Assembly (NCBI GenBank): GCA_028023455.1
Contig: JAQFVV010000007.1
Span: forward strand, 5,518,001 to 5,582,000
Reading direction: 5' to 3'
Length of the DNA stretch: 64,000 bases
Source: Epiperipatus broadwayi
Lineage: Eukaryota > Animalia > Onychophora
Part shown: in pieces, positions 36,470 through 49,190 of the stretch
Layout: each line of letters begins with the position of its first letter
Position numbering within the stretch: position 1 is the first letter of the stretch
Position numbers and translations under genes: made by a program
Notes under the pieces: model-generated
The model's database searches: none
What the model was told of the DNA's origin: nothing
What the model saw: only the letters and a program-made list of their open reading frames with translations

Positions 36470-36800
36470 TAAAACAGGCAAAACTCTCCATACAGTATTG
36501 CCACTCAGTGCAAGCCAGAGTAATCAATGGATGCCAGAAGGCTTGTGCATAAAATTCCCATCTAGTGCCTACTCATCCTATATCCCCAGACTAGTTTCTG
36601 GCTTGTGGCCAAGCCCCCTGGCCACAGCCAGAAAATTAGTCTGGGGATATAGGATGAGTAGGCACTAGATGGGGATTTTATACATAAGCCTTCTGGCATC
36701 CATTGATTACTCTGGCTTCCACTGAGTGGTAATGCTATATGGAGAGTATTGCCTGTTTTAATAAGTTATAAGCAAGCATAAGAAATAGTGATCATGTGAT
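36470..36800. mobile_element. Young family A fold-back, near-perfect ~290-bp hairpin, inserted in a (TA)n tract
   Basis: Arms 36470-36610 and 36620-36760 are almost exact reverse complements. Both arms start inside ribozyme helix II (ggccac(a)agccagaaa). The right arm extends ~40 bp further. Confidence 0.85.
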
Positions 36801-36939
36801 ATATATATAATAGCATAATGCGATTATACATTTTTATTAATGTGTCAGTGAAATGCAGTTAAGGTTGGTGTTTCTTTAAATGTTAATCTGGATAAAATTT
36901 ATAGTAAATAAATGCATTTCTACTTTAGCTGTGTGTTTT

Positions 36940-37166
36940 ACTTGTATTTTTACATTGGACTATTTCCATCATCTAATATGAGTATAGAATGTCTTTAGAA
37001 GAGGGGAGAATAATACCTCTCTAAACGTTGGGCATATACTAACCTGTTTGATGTGCTATTACTGACAGCTGAATATGTTTGGAATATTTAAATAAAGTTA
37101 AATTTTTCTAAAGACATTCAATACTCATATTAGATGATGTAAATAGTCCAATATAAAAATACAAGT
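36940..37166. repeat. Second copy of fold-back family C
   Basis: acttgtatttttacattggactatttccatcatctaatatg ... catattagatgatgtaaatagtccaatataaaaatacaagt. Matches 471-771 but has a different centre. Confidence 0.75.
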
Positions 37167-37924
37167 CTACAATGTGCTCAAATAACGTAGAGAAAAAATG
37201 ACCAAAAGCTAAAGGAACAATATCTCTATTTAAAATGATCAAAAAACAATATTTCTATTTTAAAAAAAAAGCTGGCAATATCCTACAAAATTTAATAAAA
37301 ACCGCTTTTTTTAAAAAAGAAAAAATTTGCATTATAGAGACCGTTTATTGAATAACAAAATTCATTTTGTAATGTTTTGCGATGGTCATAATAAGACATG
37401 ACAAATAATTTAAAATATTTCTTTGGCATGTCAGAGGATCAGCCATCTTACATACTAAAAGTCTGAATAATATTTTTAATGTCTGAAATGGTTCGGTATA
37501 ACATTTTGCAGCAATTTAAGGGTTAATTATGATTGCATATTTCGATATTTTTTATTTTTTGCAATTATCTAATTAAATATCAGGAACATTTACTATCAAA
37601 TGAAGATAATTTTGAAAATAATAATAAAAGGCTTTTTTTTATTTTTATTAAGCACACAAATTAATACCTAATAATTATATTTTATAATTTGTTGTTTATT
37701 TTAGATTATTTTAATAATTTACAAAACTACGATGGGATTTTTTTTAATTTAAAAAATAAGAATCTATAAATATATTTGTATATTAATAAAATATTGTATC
37801 AATTTTTATGCATTACCCACACAATTTAAAATATAGACAATACAAATAGTGAGATATTTAACTTAAGAGTAAACCAAAAAAACCATCCTCTGTTATCCTA
37901 TACACCTTGGAAAAAGAAAATGGA

Positions 37925-38040
37925 TCAGTCTGAGTGCTGGATTAACTAAGAATATCTCTGTGTTGTAAGAGATTATTAATTGACAGCAAACGTGAAGTTC
38001 GTTTCGTACTGTGCAGTTGTGCTGGATAAATTTGTCACAG
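37925..38040 (+). promoter_or_regulatory. Candidate transcription start and non-coding first exon
   Basis: Arthropod-type Inr TCAGTC at 37925-37930 inside a CpG-retaining zone (~36990-38900). Good donor CAG|GTAATG at 38040/38041. Downstream exons not identified. Confidence 0.4.
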
Positions 38041-38519
38041 GTAATGTGTGACTATTTATTATATTTATTTATATTAATAACTTAAAGATAAAAATATTTA
38101 TTTTAAAGATATGGAAAAAACTTGCATTCCACGTGGTGTGCTTTTGAGGATGCTGAATGGTTTTAGTTAGTAAATTTTTAGTTCATCTGATGTGCACCAT
38201 GTGATTTTACAATTAGAAAAGAAAGTTCATTCTATTATTGCTAAATCATTAAAAGTGCTAATTAAAATAGGAATGCCGTCAAATTTCGTAATTTACTGTG
38301 CTTCTATTTTATTCGCAGAATTAAATATATCCTCGTAATTAAAAATAATCACAGCGTAATCAAATAATTTAGCCTTTAGTTTATTTAATAAAATAAATTT
38401 TATTTAAAAATATATCTAAATTTTAAAAAAAGTTTTTATTTTTTTAAAGTAATGATTAAAATAAATTACATATCTATGTGCTTGTTCATATATTTATAAA
38501 GTAACTGTCCTTAATAAAA

Positions 38520-38760
38520 AATCTATCTACTTCGTTAGCCAATCAGACAATCATCCTTCCTTAGCCAAAATTTCTTTTAATTAATCCTTTCTACCAACAA
38601 TATTCTCCATTAGTCTAAAAATATTTGGTCAAATTTCCCCAACATTTCTTATTTCCTTTCGATTATAGCTAAACAGATTTCAAAACTTCATTTATGTCGA
38701 CACTCTTAATGTCCAGGTTTCTGAACCATACAGCGTTACTTCCAGACAATACCGTCAATG
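38520..38760 (-). mobile_element. RTE-type LINE 3' fragment
   Basis: The minus strand encodes TLYGSETWTL, matching LTYGSETWTL in the RTE at 57583-57972. Confidence 0.65.
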
Positions 38761-38816
38761 AGTTTATTTAAGAAAAACGTACAAAAAATAAATAAAATAG
38801 TTTAATGTATAATATG

Positions 38817-38915
38817 TTTATCTTTTCGACATATAGTATATGTGTTCAAGGGTATCAGTGATATGAGATAGAGTGGTGAGTCATGTGAAAGTCTGTGCTC
38901 ATATACCATATATAT
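38817..38915 (+). mobile_element. Family B fragment beginning just downstream of the predicted ribozyme cleavage site
   Basis: tttatcttttcgacat...gtgttcaagggtatcagtgatatgagatagagtggtgag...gtgaaagtctgtgctcatatacc matches family B sense sequence. Confidence 0.7.
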
Positions 38916-40639
38916 TAAAATACTTTTATGTATAATATGTAGGTTACAATTCATTAGATCAATCTACTTTTATTTGCTCAGAAAGCAAAAATCTTATAAA
39001 TATTAAATATTTAAATAATATTTGAAAAATAGGGTATGATGATATATAAATTAATAAAATGTTAAATTCTTCTTACATTTTCAATATTTAATTCATTTCA
39101 AAAGTTTTTAAGATATTATTTATATTATTGTTGTTTTTCAATATTAGAATAAAATTAAATATTATTGTATATATTGCAAGTTTAAAATTTTTTACTCTGT
39201 TGGGAAATCAGTTTGAGAAACAATTCTACAAAAAAATCAGAAGGGGGGGGGGGTAGTTGTTAGTAAGAGACTGGATTAACAATTGTAATTCATTATGTCA
39301 CTTTATTTTTAGAACTATCTTTGTAAATATGAATTAACAATAAAAATTAGATAGTAGAGCCAATTAGATTTTCATAATAGTTTTTGATTAATAATCACCT
39401 TTATCTTTTTTACATTATTCAAACTAATGCTCTCCAAGTTTTAATAATTAAAGGTTTTGAATCCCAAATAGTTTGGCTGTTGAGTTATGCAGGGCCGACA
39501 CTATGTTAGCAAGATAGTCATCTCAGTTATATGATAACTTTTGACTTGTATTCTTTTGGCAAAAGGGAATATTATATATTAAAATCAAGGAATCTTTTTT
39601 TTTTAATTCTTGCATTAAGAATAATTTATCAATGCTACATGATAATGTAAAGTTAATCCTCATACTGATTTCTGACTTGATCATTTTTAATGAAGAGTTA
39701 CTGGGTTATTCACATCCATCCAAATTCTATAAGCAAAGCTACTTTTTATTGACTTAAATAGTATCAAAAGTATAGAAGATGGCTAAGATATGGGAAATGT
39801 TTTGTTTCTAAAAAAAAAAGATTGCATTTTGTTAAATAATAATGATAATGGGAAATGGCCTTGGTTTGAACTTGCCCTTCATTAAATATTTACTTACTGA
39901 TTTTTGTGACAAGCATATTGAAAAAAAATCCTAAAACTTAGAGAATTTGGATCTATCATAGTATTAGTTTGATATACATAACACCATATAAATTAGACAC
40001 TTTATGATAATGGTCTTTGTATTCAGATAAGATGAATACCAAGTTTAAATTAAAGAGATAATATATAGATTTTATTATTGGAAAATGATGTATCTGATAA
40101 AAGATCCAAAACTTCAAAAATAAAAATAAGATTTGTTTGTAAAGACCCATAGTCTAAGATTGATTAAAATAAACATGTTCATAATAAGCTTGTACTTAAT
40201 ATAAGTGACTACAGTGTATATTTGTTTTGAATATCAATATATAATAATAATTCTGATTATGAAAAATCATTCAAAATATTGTATTTAAAAGTGACATAAA
40301 TTATATAGTGCAAAATACCACAAAGAACAAAAAATATATAAATAAAATATTAAATGAATTGCTGGAATTTATTGTTGTCATGACCATAAATGATATTTGG
40401 ATTTAATTGATTGTGTTTTCTTAAGTATCTCCTGTTGAGAATAAAATATGTGTTGGACATGTTTTTGAAGACATTTGATTATGAAAAAGTATTAAGCTGA
40501 GAAGTCAAACTAACATTTTACATGCTGTAATGAATTTGCACAACACATATCTCACATATTCCATACCTAGTTTCTATGAAAAGTTCCTTTATATTCACTG
40601 AAATAAGAAGTTATTCTATAGATGATAAGTTTGTGATTT

Positions 40640-40716
40640 CTAATCTATGTTTTCAATTTCCAATCCTTTCTGGATATATCCTTTTTTGTATCGTCTTTGT
40701 TGAAACCAACTTCTAA
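40640..40716 (-). CDS. Candidate terminal coding exon of unknown protein (xRSWFQQRRYKKGYIQKGLEIENID*)
   Basis: Acceptor ttttctag| at 40717, open frame to TAG, a retained CGA codon in otherwise CpG-poor DNA, and AATAAA on minus at ~40365. No homology search was possible. Confidence 0.25.
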
Positions 40717-42223
40717 CTAGAAAATGTTGCTATATCACATTACACATAGATACTAGCAATACTTAAGTAATTATTATTTATTTGCTTACTTGTATATTAC
40801 ATATTGCCTATGATATTAATCTTTCTACTTTTACCAGCAATACACATTCATAAATTTCAAAAGAAGATGTTGTCGTATAATCTCAACATATTTAGATATA
40901 ATTTTGCCAATGTAAAAGAAAGTAAAATTTTAATATATAGAATGCTAATCAAAATGGCATTTTAATAATCTGTGGGGTGTGCTACATTTCAGGTATCTTA
41001 TCACGGCATTCCAATAAATGAACAGTTATTTGAATTTAGGTTTTAGAATTTTTAAACTGCAAAATATAAAAAAATTATGCATAAAAAATATAAAGATACT
41101 TATACAACAATTGAAATTATTAATTTCATATTAAAAGTCATAGTTAACAATAATAAAATTATATCTGGGAGATATTATCATGAAAAATATAAAAGACATT
41201 AAGGAGTCAAAGGATATTTCAATGCAAAATATAAAAGGAATTAATTATTGAGGCAAAAAAAGAGTTAAGGGTATACACATTGTCTGCAGTCTGAAATTTT
41301 TTCCTCCAAATGATTAATTAAATCAAATAAAGAAATAAATTACTAAATTGAATTTTGTTATTAATGAGATTGAAAGAAATGATAATGAAAAAACAATGTC
41401 TGATTTAGTCTTAAAAATCCAATGCAGAAAAGAAGATTGAATATTTATGGAATATATCTCTGAGACATTTGAATGTCAAAAATCATGATACCATAAATCC
41501 AAACTAATTATGCTTATTGTATTTTTTTCCAGTTACAGAGGTCAGGGGATTATTTCCTGGATTTTTATCTTATTCCCAATACTTAATTTTTTTCAGACAT
41601 ACATTAACTAGATATGTAATTTCTAGTTTTCTAGAAGGATGAACTAAGTTTCATTACTGAATTAGATTCACATCTTATCATGATTAGTTTTGTTGCAGAC
41701 AAATTATGATTTTTAAATAGAATCAAAAGGCTTTAAAAGATATATGCCAACTGCATTAGTTATGATGTTCACTAGTTTTTCAGGAGAGGATAGCATCATT
41801 GGAGATTTACTACCAGAACTGAAGACATTGATACAGAGTATTATGAGTTAGAAATGCATTGATCCAATTAAATAATATTTAATAATCTAAAAATAATTAA
41901 TTTCACTTACTTCTATTCTGTTGTAATACATATATGTTTTTTTAGTGTAGTAAGACATCATTCATATAGAGAAAGTTTTATAGCATTTATCATAAATAAA
42001 TAAAATAATAAAATAAGCTTGTTTAAAAATATTTGCTCTTTATTATATATATATCAGTGATGAAGAGTGACTTTTTTAGGAACAAAAGCACTTTTTTTAA
42101 TAATGTTTTTATTTCACTTGCCACAACAATTTTTATGTAACAGCACCTAATATATATGTATATATTACACACATCTTGAAAAGTCTGAAACTCTCTTATC
42201 TGTAAATCTGAGAATATATTATC

Positions 42224-42670
42224 AATATATTTTTATCTTCCAAGTCCTTTTAACATTTTAAAAAGTTTTAACTGTAAATTAGATCTTAGCATTGCTTGAA
42301 TTTCTTATAATCAATGAGAATGTGACAACGATTTAGTCAAGTTCATCCCCAATCCCATGTATATAAAAGCAATTCAACTGTTGGTAAAAAAAAAAAAAAA
42401 AGAAAGTCAACAGTAATTCCATTCAAAAAATAATAAATTTAAATTGCTGATTCTAATCAGATTATGATTAGTTTAAATATAGATAATACATTATAAATAT
42501 ATTTTTATCTTCCAAATCCTTTTAACATTCTTTAAAGTTTCAGCTGTAAAATAGATCTTAGCATTGTTTGAACTTCTTATAATCAATGAGAATGTGAGAA
42601 TGAGTTAATGGAGTTCATTTCCAATTCCTATGTGTATATAAAACAATTTGACTGTTGGTCAAAAAAATTG
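42224..42670. repeat. Local tandem duplication (~175-bp diverged copies, period ~272 bp)
   Basis: aatatatttttatcttcc...tagatcttagcattg...aatcaatgagaatgtga...actgttggt occurs at 42224 and 42496. Confidence 0.8.
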
Positions 42671-43491
42671 AAAGTGAATTTTTTAAATTGAATTTTAATT
42701 AAAGCTTTTGAAAGTTTTAGTCAATTTTTCTGCAGAAGCACTCATTCTGTTCAATACATGGAAGCTTTGTCCCTGATATATATATATAGGCAGATATTCT
42801 TTATAATAATTCTGTATTTTTTATCATATATTTAAATATTTGTTGTGAGCATGAATATGTTCATATTTCTTCTATTATATACATAGAAGACATGGGTATA
42901 CATATGTAGATATAGATATATTAATATGATAAATTTACATTTATTGCTGAAATGTTACTATTACTAGTTAAAATTAAGTCAGTTTCACTTCTAATAATTA
43001 TATGAATTTTTATTTATGTAATAATAGGATTATTAACATGCAGTTTGTTAGAATATTTTATATTTACTTTCATGTATGTAATTTGAAAAAATGTTTTTCT
43101 TCTGTCACAATCACCTGATGTAGATATTAATAATAATACATTAAGAAATATAAATGCAATAAATAAAAGTAGACAATAAACTAGGAACATATACTAGTAG
43201 GTTAAAAAAATGCAAACAAATATGCCATTTCATTTTTCAAAATTATTATACAATATATAATTTAAAAAATGATTTATTTATATACAGTATATAGTATATA
43301 CAATGAAATTTTGATATATATTTGTGCGATTATGTGAAGGAAGTTTTGGAAAAGACAATTTGAGATCAATTCTAATACATGATTTTATGGATGGTATAAA
43401 AATGATTTTTTGCTTTAAAACAAACCTAATGAGTTTTGTAGAACAATTTTTTAAATTAAATTAGAGCATATTTATAATTATAATACATTTA

Positions 43492-43775
43492 TATAATATA
43501 TAGGGTATATGAGCAAAGACTGTCACATGACCCAACACTCTCCACTCCATCTCATAACACTGATACACCTGAACACATATATGTTGAAAAGATAAATAAT
43601 CACCAATATATGTATTTCATGCTAAACCAGCAATCATCAGTTGGTCCAGATTACCATCTCTATACATATATGCAATAAGTGCTCAGATATATATTTAGAT
43701 ATCCAATCTTCATACTTTAATGGACATGCTTAAATCCACTTCACACTCCAACTCTTCAACCATCCATCCAATTGA
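43492..43775 (-). mobile_element. Family B hammerhead-bearing repeat
   Basis: Reverse complement of 4440-4715 and colinear with 33330-33535. Confidence 0.8.
43602..43645 (-). ncRNA. Minimal type-I hammerhead ribozyme (family B), core intact
   Basis: Identical over the 44-nt motif to 4565-4608 in reverse orientation: ACCAA CUGAUGA UUGCUGGUUUAGCAU GAAA UACAUA UA UUGGU. Confidence 0.7.
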
Positions 43776-46602
43776 AAATCTGATGATGGAATGCTCAAAG
43801 GCCACCACAAGGCCAAGATTCTTGTCACACCCATGTTGACCTAAAGTCAATCTGACCCCTCATGTACAGGACAATACATTTATGTAAAGTGAATTCTCAA
43901 ATTATTATTTTTCAAAGTACTGAGAAAATAAATGATACATATGATAGAAATAAGAACCAAACATTTATTGAAAATTATAGACAAGAACAAATGATTGATT
44001 ATTTATTTAAAGACTTATTTTTTATAAGAACAGGGTAGTTGCAGTTCCATAATAATAAGAGTAGTAAGTTTTCTTCTATCAACAGACAACTATATATGAA
44101 TTAAATCTTGGGATCATAAATTATAGTAAGAGATAGAGATTTTAGGGAAAAGGGCCAAAAAACATACAGCACCAATAAACCTTTAAGTACATGCCAATAA
44201 AGAATGATTAATTCCTTAAAATAGTAGCATACCCTCTGTACAGTAGTAAACTGATCCTGTGATGATTAATTCCTGTAAGAAGCTAAATCTCTATCTAATA
44301 TGTCCTGCTAAAAATTTACTTGTGCAATATTTTCTTTATAATTTTTCCTTGCCTTCGAAATTATACTGGTATTTATGTATATTTAAACTATGGAAAAAAT
44401 ATTGGTCTACAATTAATTAAGCAACTTACATGCTTAACTATATTTTTTAAAAGAAGTTATATCTATCAGGAGCAAGAATAAGCAAAATAACTTTTATGTC
44501 TAATTTTATTTCCAAAGGAAGTGACATCTTTGAAAAGTAAGAAGAAAAATAATGTTTTTAATCTGTTTTTTTAAAGAAATTCATTGCAAAATTTACCATT
44601 TAATGAACTTATTTATTATATGCTAAATTAAAAGTTTTGATTAATTTACTAGAAATTAATTGTTTTATTTTATATATTAAATTTGTCTTTTAATACATGC
44701 AATTCAGTAATTGGTAATGTGTTTGTGATTACTGTTATAGCTTTAGGGCTTACAAATCAAGTCATCTCTAGGCTAAGATTGAACCTGTGTAATGCTTTCT
44801 TGTGATTCTATGATGTGGACATATAATTATGATAACATTGCCATTATCATTAAGGAGAGAAATAAACATTTATTTTATGAACTAAAGTAATGCTTTTGTT
44901 ATTTAGACTTTAAGAACTAAAATCATTCCTCAAGTATTATGTTTTTATTATAAATTCTTATTTATTTCCGAGTCTTCATCTTTAATATCTTGATGATTAC
45001 TGTAATCTTATGCTTCTCAGAATATAGACTCTGGAATTTAATAATCAGTATCTGTGGGGGATTATGTTTGGTCATGAGTTCATTGGCTTTTGCATTAAGC
45101 TGTAACAGCTGAGATAAAAAAAAACTTAAGCCAATAATTATGAAAGAAATCATATTGCTCTTAATTAATTCTTGTTTCTTAGTTTACAGCACACTTTAGA
45201 ACCATCAAAAGAATCAACATGAGTACCTAGTCTAAAATAACCTTACTCAAATTGATACTAATCTACTTTTCTTTATATCACCACATTGTTACCTAAATAA
45301 GCCCCCTTAGCTGGAATATCCAACAGTATATTAAATGCTATTACATAAGTTGACAGTTTAAATATTCAGTATCTATTACACTGCAAACTATTAGAATATT
45401 TTGGCTTGACAAAATGCAGGCTTAGTTTATTATTTTATTGCTATTACTAATTTTGGTGATCAATATGAGTGGTTAGTGAATATTTGGAATATGCACAATA
45501 TGACAGCTAAATTGAAATAGTCTTATAGTATAGAGATCACTACAATATTCAGCATAAAAGAGTAATTATCAAAATAAATCAAGATTTTCAAAAATTTTAA
45601 TTAAAAAACAAATTGAAAATGAAAAGACAAAAATATGGAAAAATTTGTTAAAAATGAAAGTTATGATAAAAATTAATAAATATGAAAGAATTAATATTAA
45701 AAAAAACAAATCCACCTTTCTTTATTGTTGTTACAATGCTTATTTTATTAAATCTTAACAATCTTACAGTTTTTATTAATTATAAGATATATAAATACAT
45801 AAATACACAAATTGTTTATCATTATAAACAAACAACATTACTTCTTTTTTTGAATTAATTTATCTTTTATCATCCTATTACATAAGTATATATATATATA
45901 GTTGTCAAATATTATGCAGCATTAATATATAATCAAATACCACACTCAATATATATATACCAAATATATTACATATACCCTAAATATATAATGTACATAC
46001 ACTAATGTACTCCAAGTTTATACTTCATTTATATAATAAAATATCACAAAAAGTTAAAAGCAGTAAACCTTTAGTATTTTGAAAATTATTTTTATTTATT
46101 AATATTATACACATAAAAAGCATAAAAAATATAGCTAACCTATAAAACTTATAAACTTTTATTTATTTATTAATTTTCTATTATTAATTTATTAATTTTC
46201 TATTATTAATTGTAATATATAAACTTTAAATTTAATAATTATTATTGAACGTATTAACTATTATAAATTATTTTTATTGTAAAATGTTTTTATAAATATT
46301 TTTTTAAATTCTTATCTAATAATATTAATGACACTTTCTTATTATTATTCAGTTTTTTATTTATTTTTTAATTATATTGAAAATCTTCATTAACAAAACA
46401 AAAATTATATACATTTTTACAATAATTATTTACATATAAATTTTAAATTACAGATCTTCATATTTATTAAATATTGTTTTATAAGTTTTTTCAACTGTGA
46501 CCAATTTGGCTTTTAAATTGCATTTTTAATGTTGTATAGTAGTTTTTTCTTTTTCTTTTTATCTAAAAAACTTTATATCTCTTAATAATTAATTGTCACA
46601 GA

Positions 46603-49190
46603 AAGGAGTTTATTGTTAACTAAAAGGAGATCCATTGATTTCTCATAGAAATCTTAAAGGAACTGGGCAAGGTGAATTTATAAATGTTCACTCCATATGC
46701 TCTTGTCATCGCAGTTGTTATTACTGTCTGATTATTCATATAGTATACGAACATGGCTGGGCTTTTCACCAACATGCATTAGCCAGGGTGGTGAATTTAT
46801 TGGCTTTTTACCTCTGAGTTTAAGATCAAGAAACACCATGGTCATTTTTCTCAGTTTCCTGATAAGGCACAATGAATGAGTGTATGAATAAAAAATTTTC
46901 TAATAGATATATACAATCATGACTAACAAAAATAAATCATGGCCTTTATTTCCAGGAGGCTGTAAAGTCACCAGCCAAGACAGTGATTGGTAGCCAAAGT
47001 CAGAGAGTGCTAAGAATTCCCTGATTGCAGACCCAGGCTGCGATTTGATGATGACTTTTTATTTAAATACTTACAACTGCAGATCACTTTCAAGTGAAGG
47101 AATATTGAAAGAATTGGAAGAAGAACTATCTCATATTAAATGGGACATTATTGGAGACAATTGATTTAAAAAGTTGACATGTATTCTACTATAAAGGCAC
47201 AAATATTGGAAATACAAATGGAGTAGAAATCATTATAAATAAGAAGTAGAAGAACATCATTGTGGAGATTGATGGTGTATCAGACAGAGTGGCAAGATTA
47301 GTTATTCAATTTACTAACAGATACCAAATGGTGATAATTCAGGATTATTCCCCAACAATTTCTCATAGTGATGAAGTTGTAGAAGATTTTTATATGGATA
47401 TACAAAAGGCTTTTGATCAGAGTAAACAACATTTTAAATTGTTATGGGATACTTTAATGCTAGAATTGGTAAACAAATGAAAGATGAAAGTGCTGCAGGT
47501 AATTTTTTTTCATATGTCATAGCATTGGCTGGGAGGCGAACCCGCAACAACCGTCTGCAACCAACTGCTTGCTTGCAAGGGCAGCTGCACTGACCTCTCG
47601 GCTAACAACACTTGATGGTAGATAATTTTGGTTATGGTAATAGAAATGAGAGAGAGAGAGCATAAACTTGTGGAGTTTGCAGAAAAAGAAAATCTTTATA
47701 CTGTATTATGAATTCTTTTTTTGAGAAAAAGCATCTAAATGAAGGTACAGCAGAATTGAATTATATTTTGACTAACTGGAAATACATATTTCAAGATTGC
47801 AATGTTAATAAAATAAATATTTCAAGATTGTAATGTTAATAAAATACATATTTCAAGATTGTAATGTTAATAAATTCAACACAGAAAGTGATCATTGATT
47901 AGTAAGATGTAAGATATATGTTAATGCTAAAACTAGAGAGAGAAAAATTATTAAAAAAAAATATTTACAATTAATATTCTTAATTTTCAGAAGCATTTTA
48001 ATGAATTTAAATTAGAACTTGCAAATCATTTTCAAATATTAGTAGATTTTGAATAATGATTCAGATTTGAATGAAATTAATAGAAAAATAACTCCATACA
48101 CTTTTAAAAACTGGAACAAAGATAGCTGGGGTAGAAAAAAGCAGCAATCGACCAATACAATTTTCACTGAGACTAGAGAATTTATATAAAGAAAAAAAGG
48201 AATTTGAATATATATAAAAATGATGCATTAAGAAGGACTGAATTTATCTAATTTTGTAAAATGGTGTGAAAAAGTGTTGATAATAATAGAAGAAAGTATA
48301 ATTGTGAAATAGCAAGAGCCATAGAAGAGAATAAAAGTCTCAAGAGTGTAAAACAACATTTTGGTATTGGTAGGAAACATATCTGCAACAAGAAAAAAAG
48401 ATGTAAAAAGAGATGAAATCATGAAATGGGTAGAAGAGTTGTATCAAGAATTATATAGTAATAAAGAACAAGTACCTCCTACATCTATTATATCTTTTAA
48501 ATTGCCCAGGATTTTAAATGAAGAAGGGAGACATGCAGTTAAATTTATGAAGAAGGAAAAAGCTTCAGATAATGATGGAATTATAATCGATATATTAAAA
48601 AAAGCAGGTGAAGGATTAGGAAAAATTTTGGCAAAGATATATACCAAATGTCTAAATGATAAAGATGAACCAGATGATTGGAAGAATGCAGTATTAGTAT
48701 TAATATATAAAAAATGTGGTAAAGAAGATATTAGAAATTACAGACCTATCAGTCTTTTATTAGTTTTATACAAAATTTTTACTAAAATATTATAACTCAT
48801 CTACAGAGAACATTGGATTTCAACCAACCAAGAGGACAAGCTGTATTTAAAGTGATTTTAGTCCAATAGATCATATCCAACTATTGAGAGAAGTTATAGA
48901 AAGAACCAATGAATATGAGTTGCCATTATGCTTTGGATTTGTAGATTATAAAAAGGCATTTGATTCTATAATCATTTCTTCAGTGATTAAAATATTGGAT
49001 CATCAAGATATAGACCCAGGATATTGTAATATTCTGAAGATTTATAAAAATGCAACAGCAACAATTAGATTACATAATGATACTAGGAAAGTGAACATTG
49101 AGATGGGTGTAAGACTGGACAACTTCATATTTCCAAAACTTTTTGCAGCAGTGCTAAAATAAGCACTTTGTAGATTAAAATGGGACTATG
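46603..49190 (+). mobile_element. Older copy of the RTE LINE at 55085, 5' end intact, 3' part missing
   Basis: Colinear with 55085-~57460 from the 5' UTR (aaggagttt) through APE and RT fragments (YRPISLL, DYKKAFDS). Contains an insertion at 47507-47622 and a ~31-bp triplication at ~47785-47872. Confidence 0.9.
47507..47622 (-). mobile_element. tRNA-derived short retroposed insertion (SINE head or tRNA pseudogene)
   Basis: Absent from the equivalent site of the younger RTE. TAATTTT is duplicated at 47500-47506 and 47623-47629, with a short A-tail. The minus strand has A box TAGCCGAGAGG, B box GGTTCGCCTCC and acceptor-like GTGTTG/CAATGC. Confidence 0.65.

Noticed and set aside
2564-36800. Family A as a classical MITE or a CRISPR/REP-like array
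   Set aside because: Centres and arm lengths vary, TSD lengths differ (9 versus 15 bp) and the unit runs in tandem. There is no repeat-spacer periodicity and the DNA is eukaryotic.
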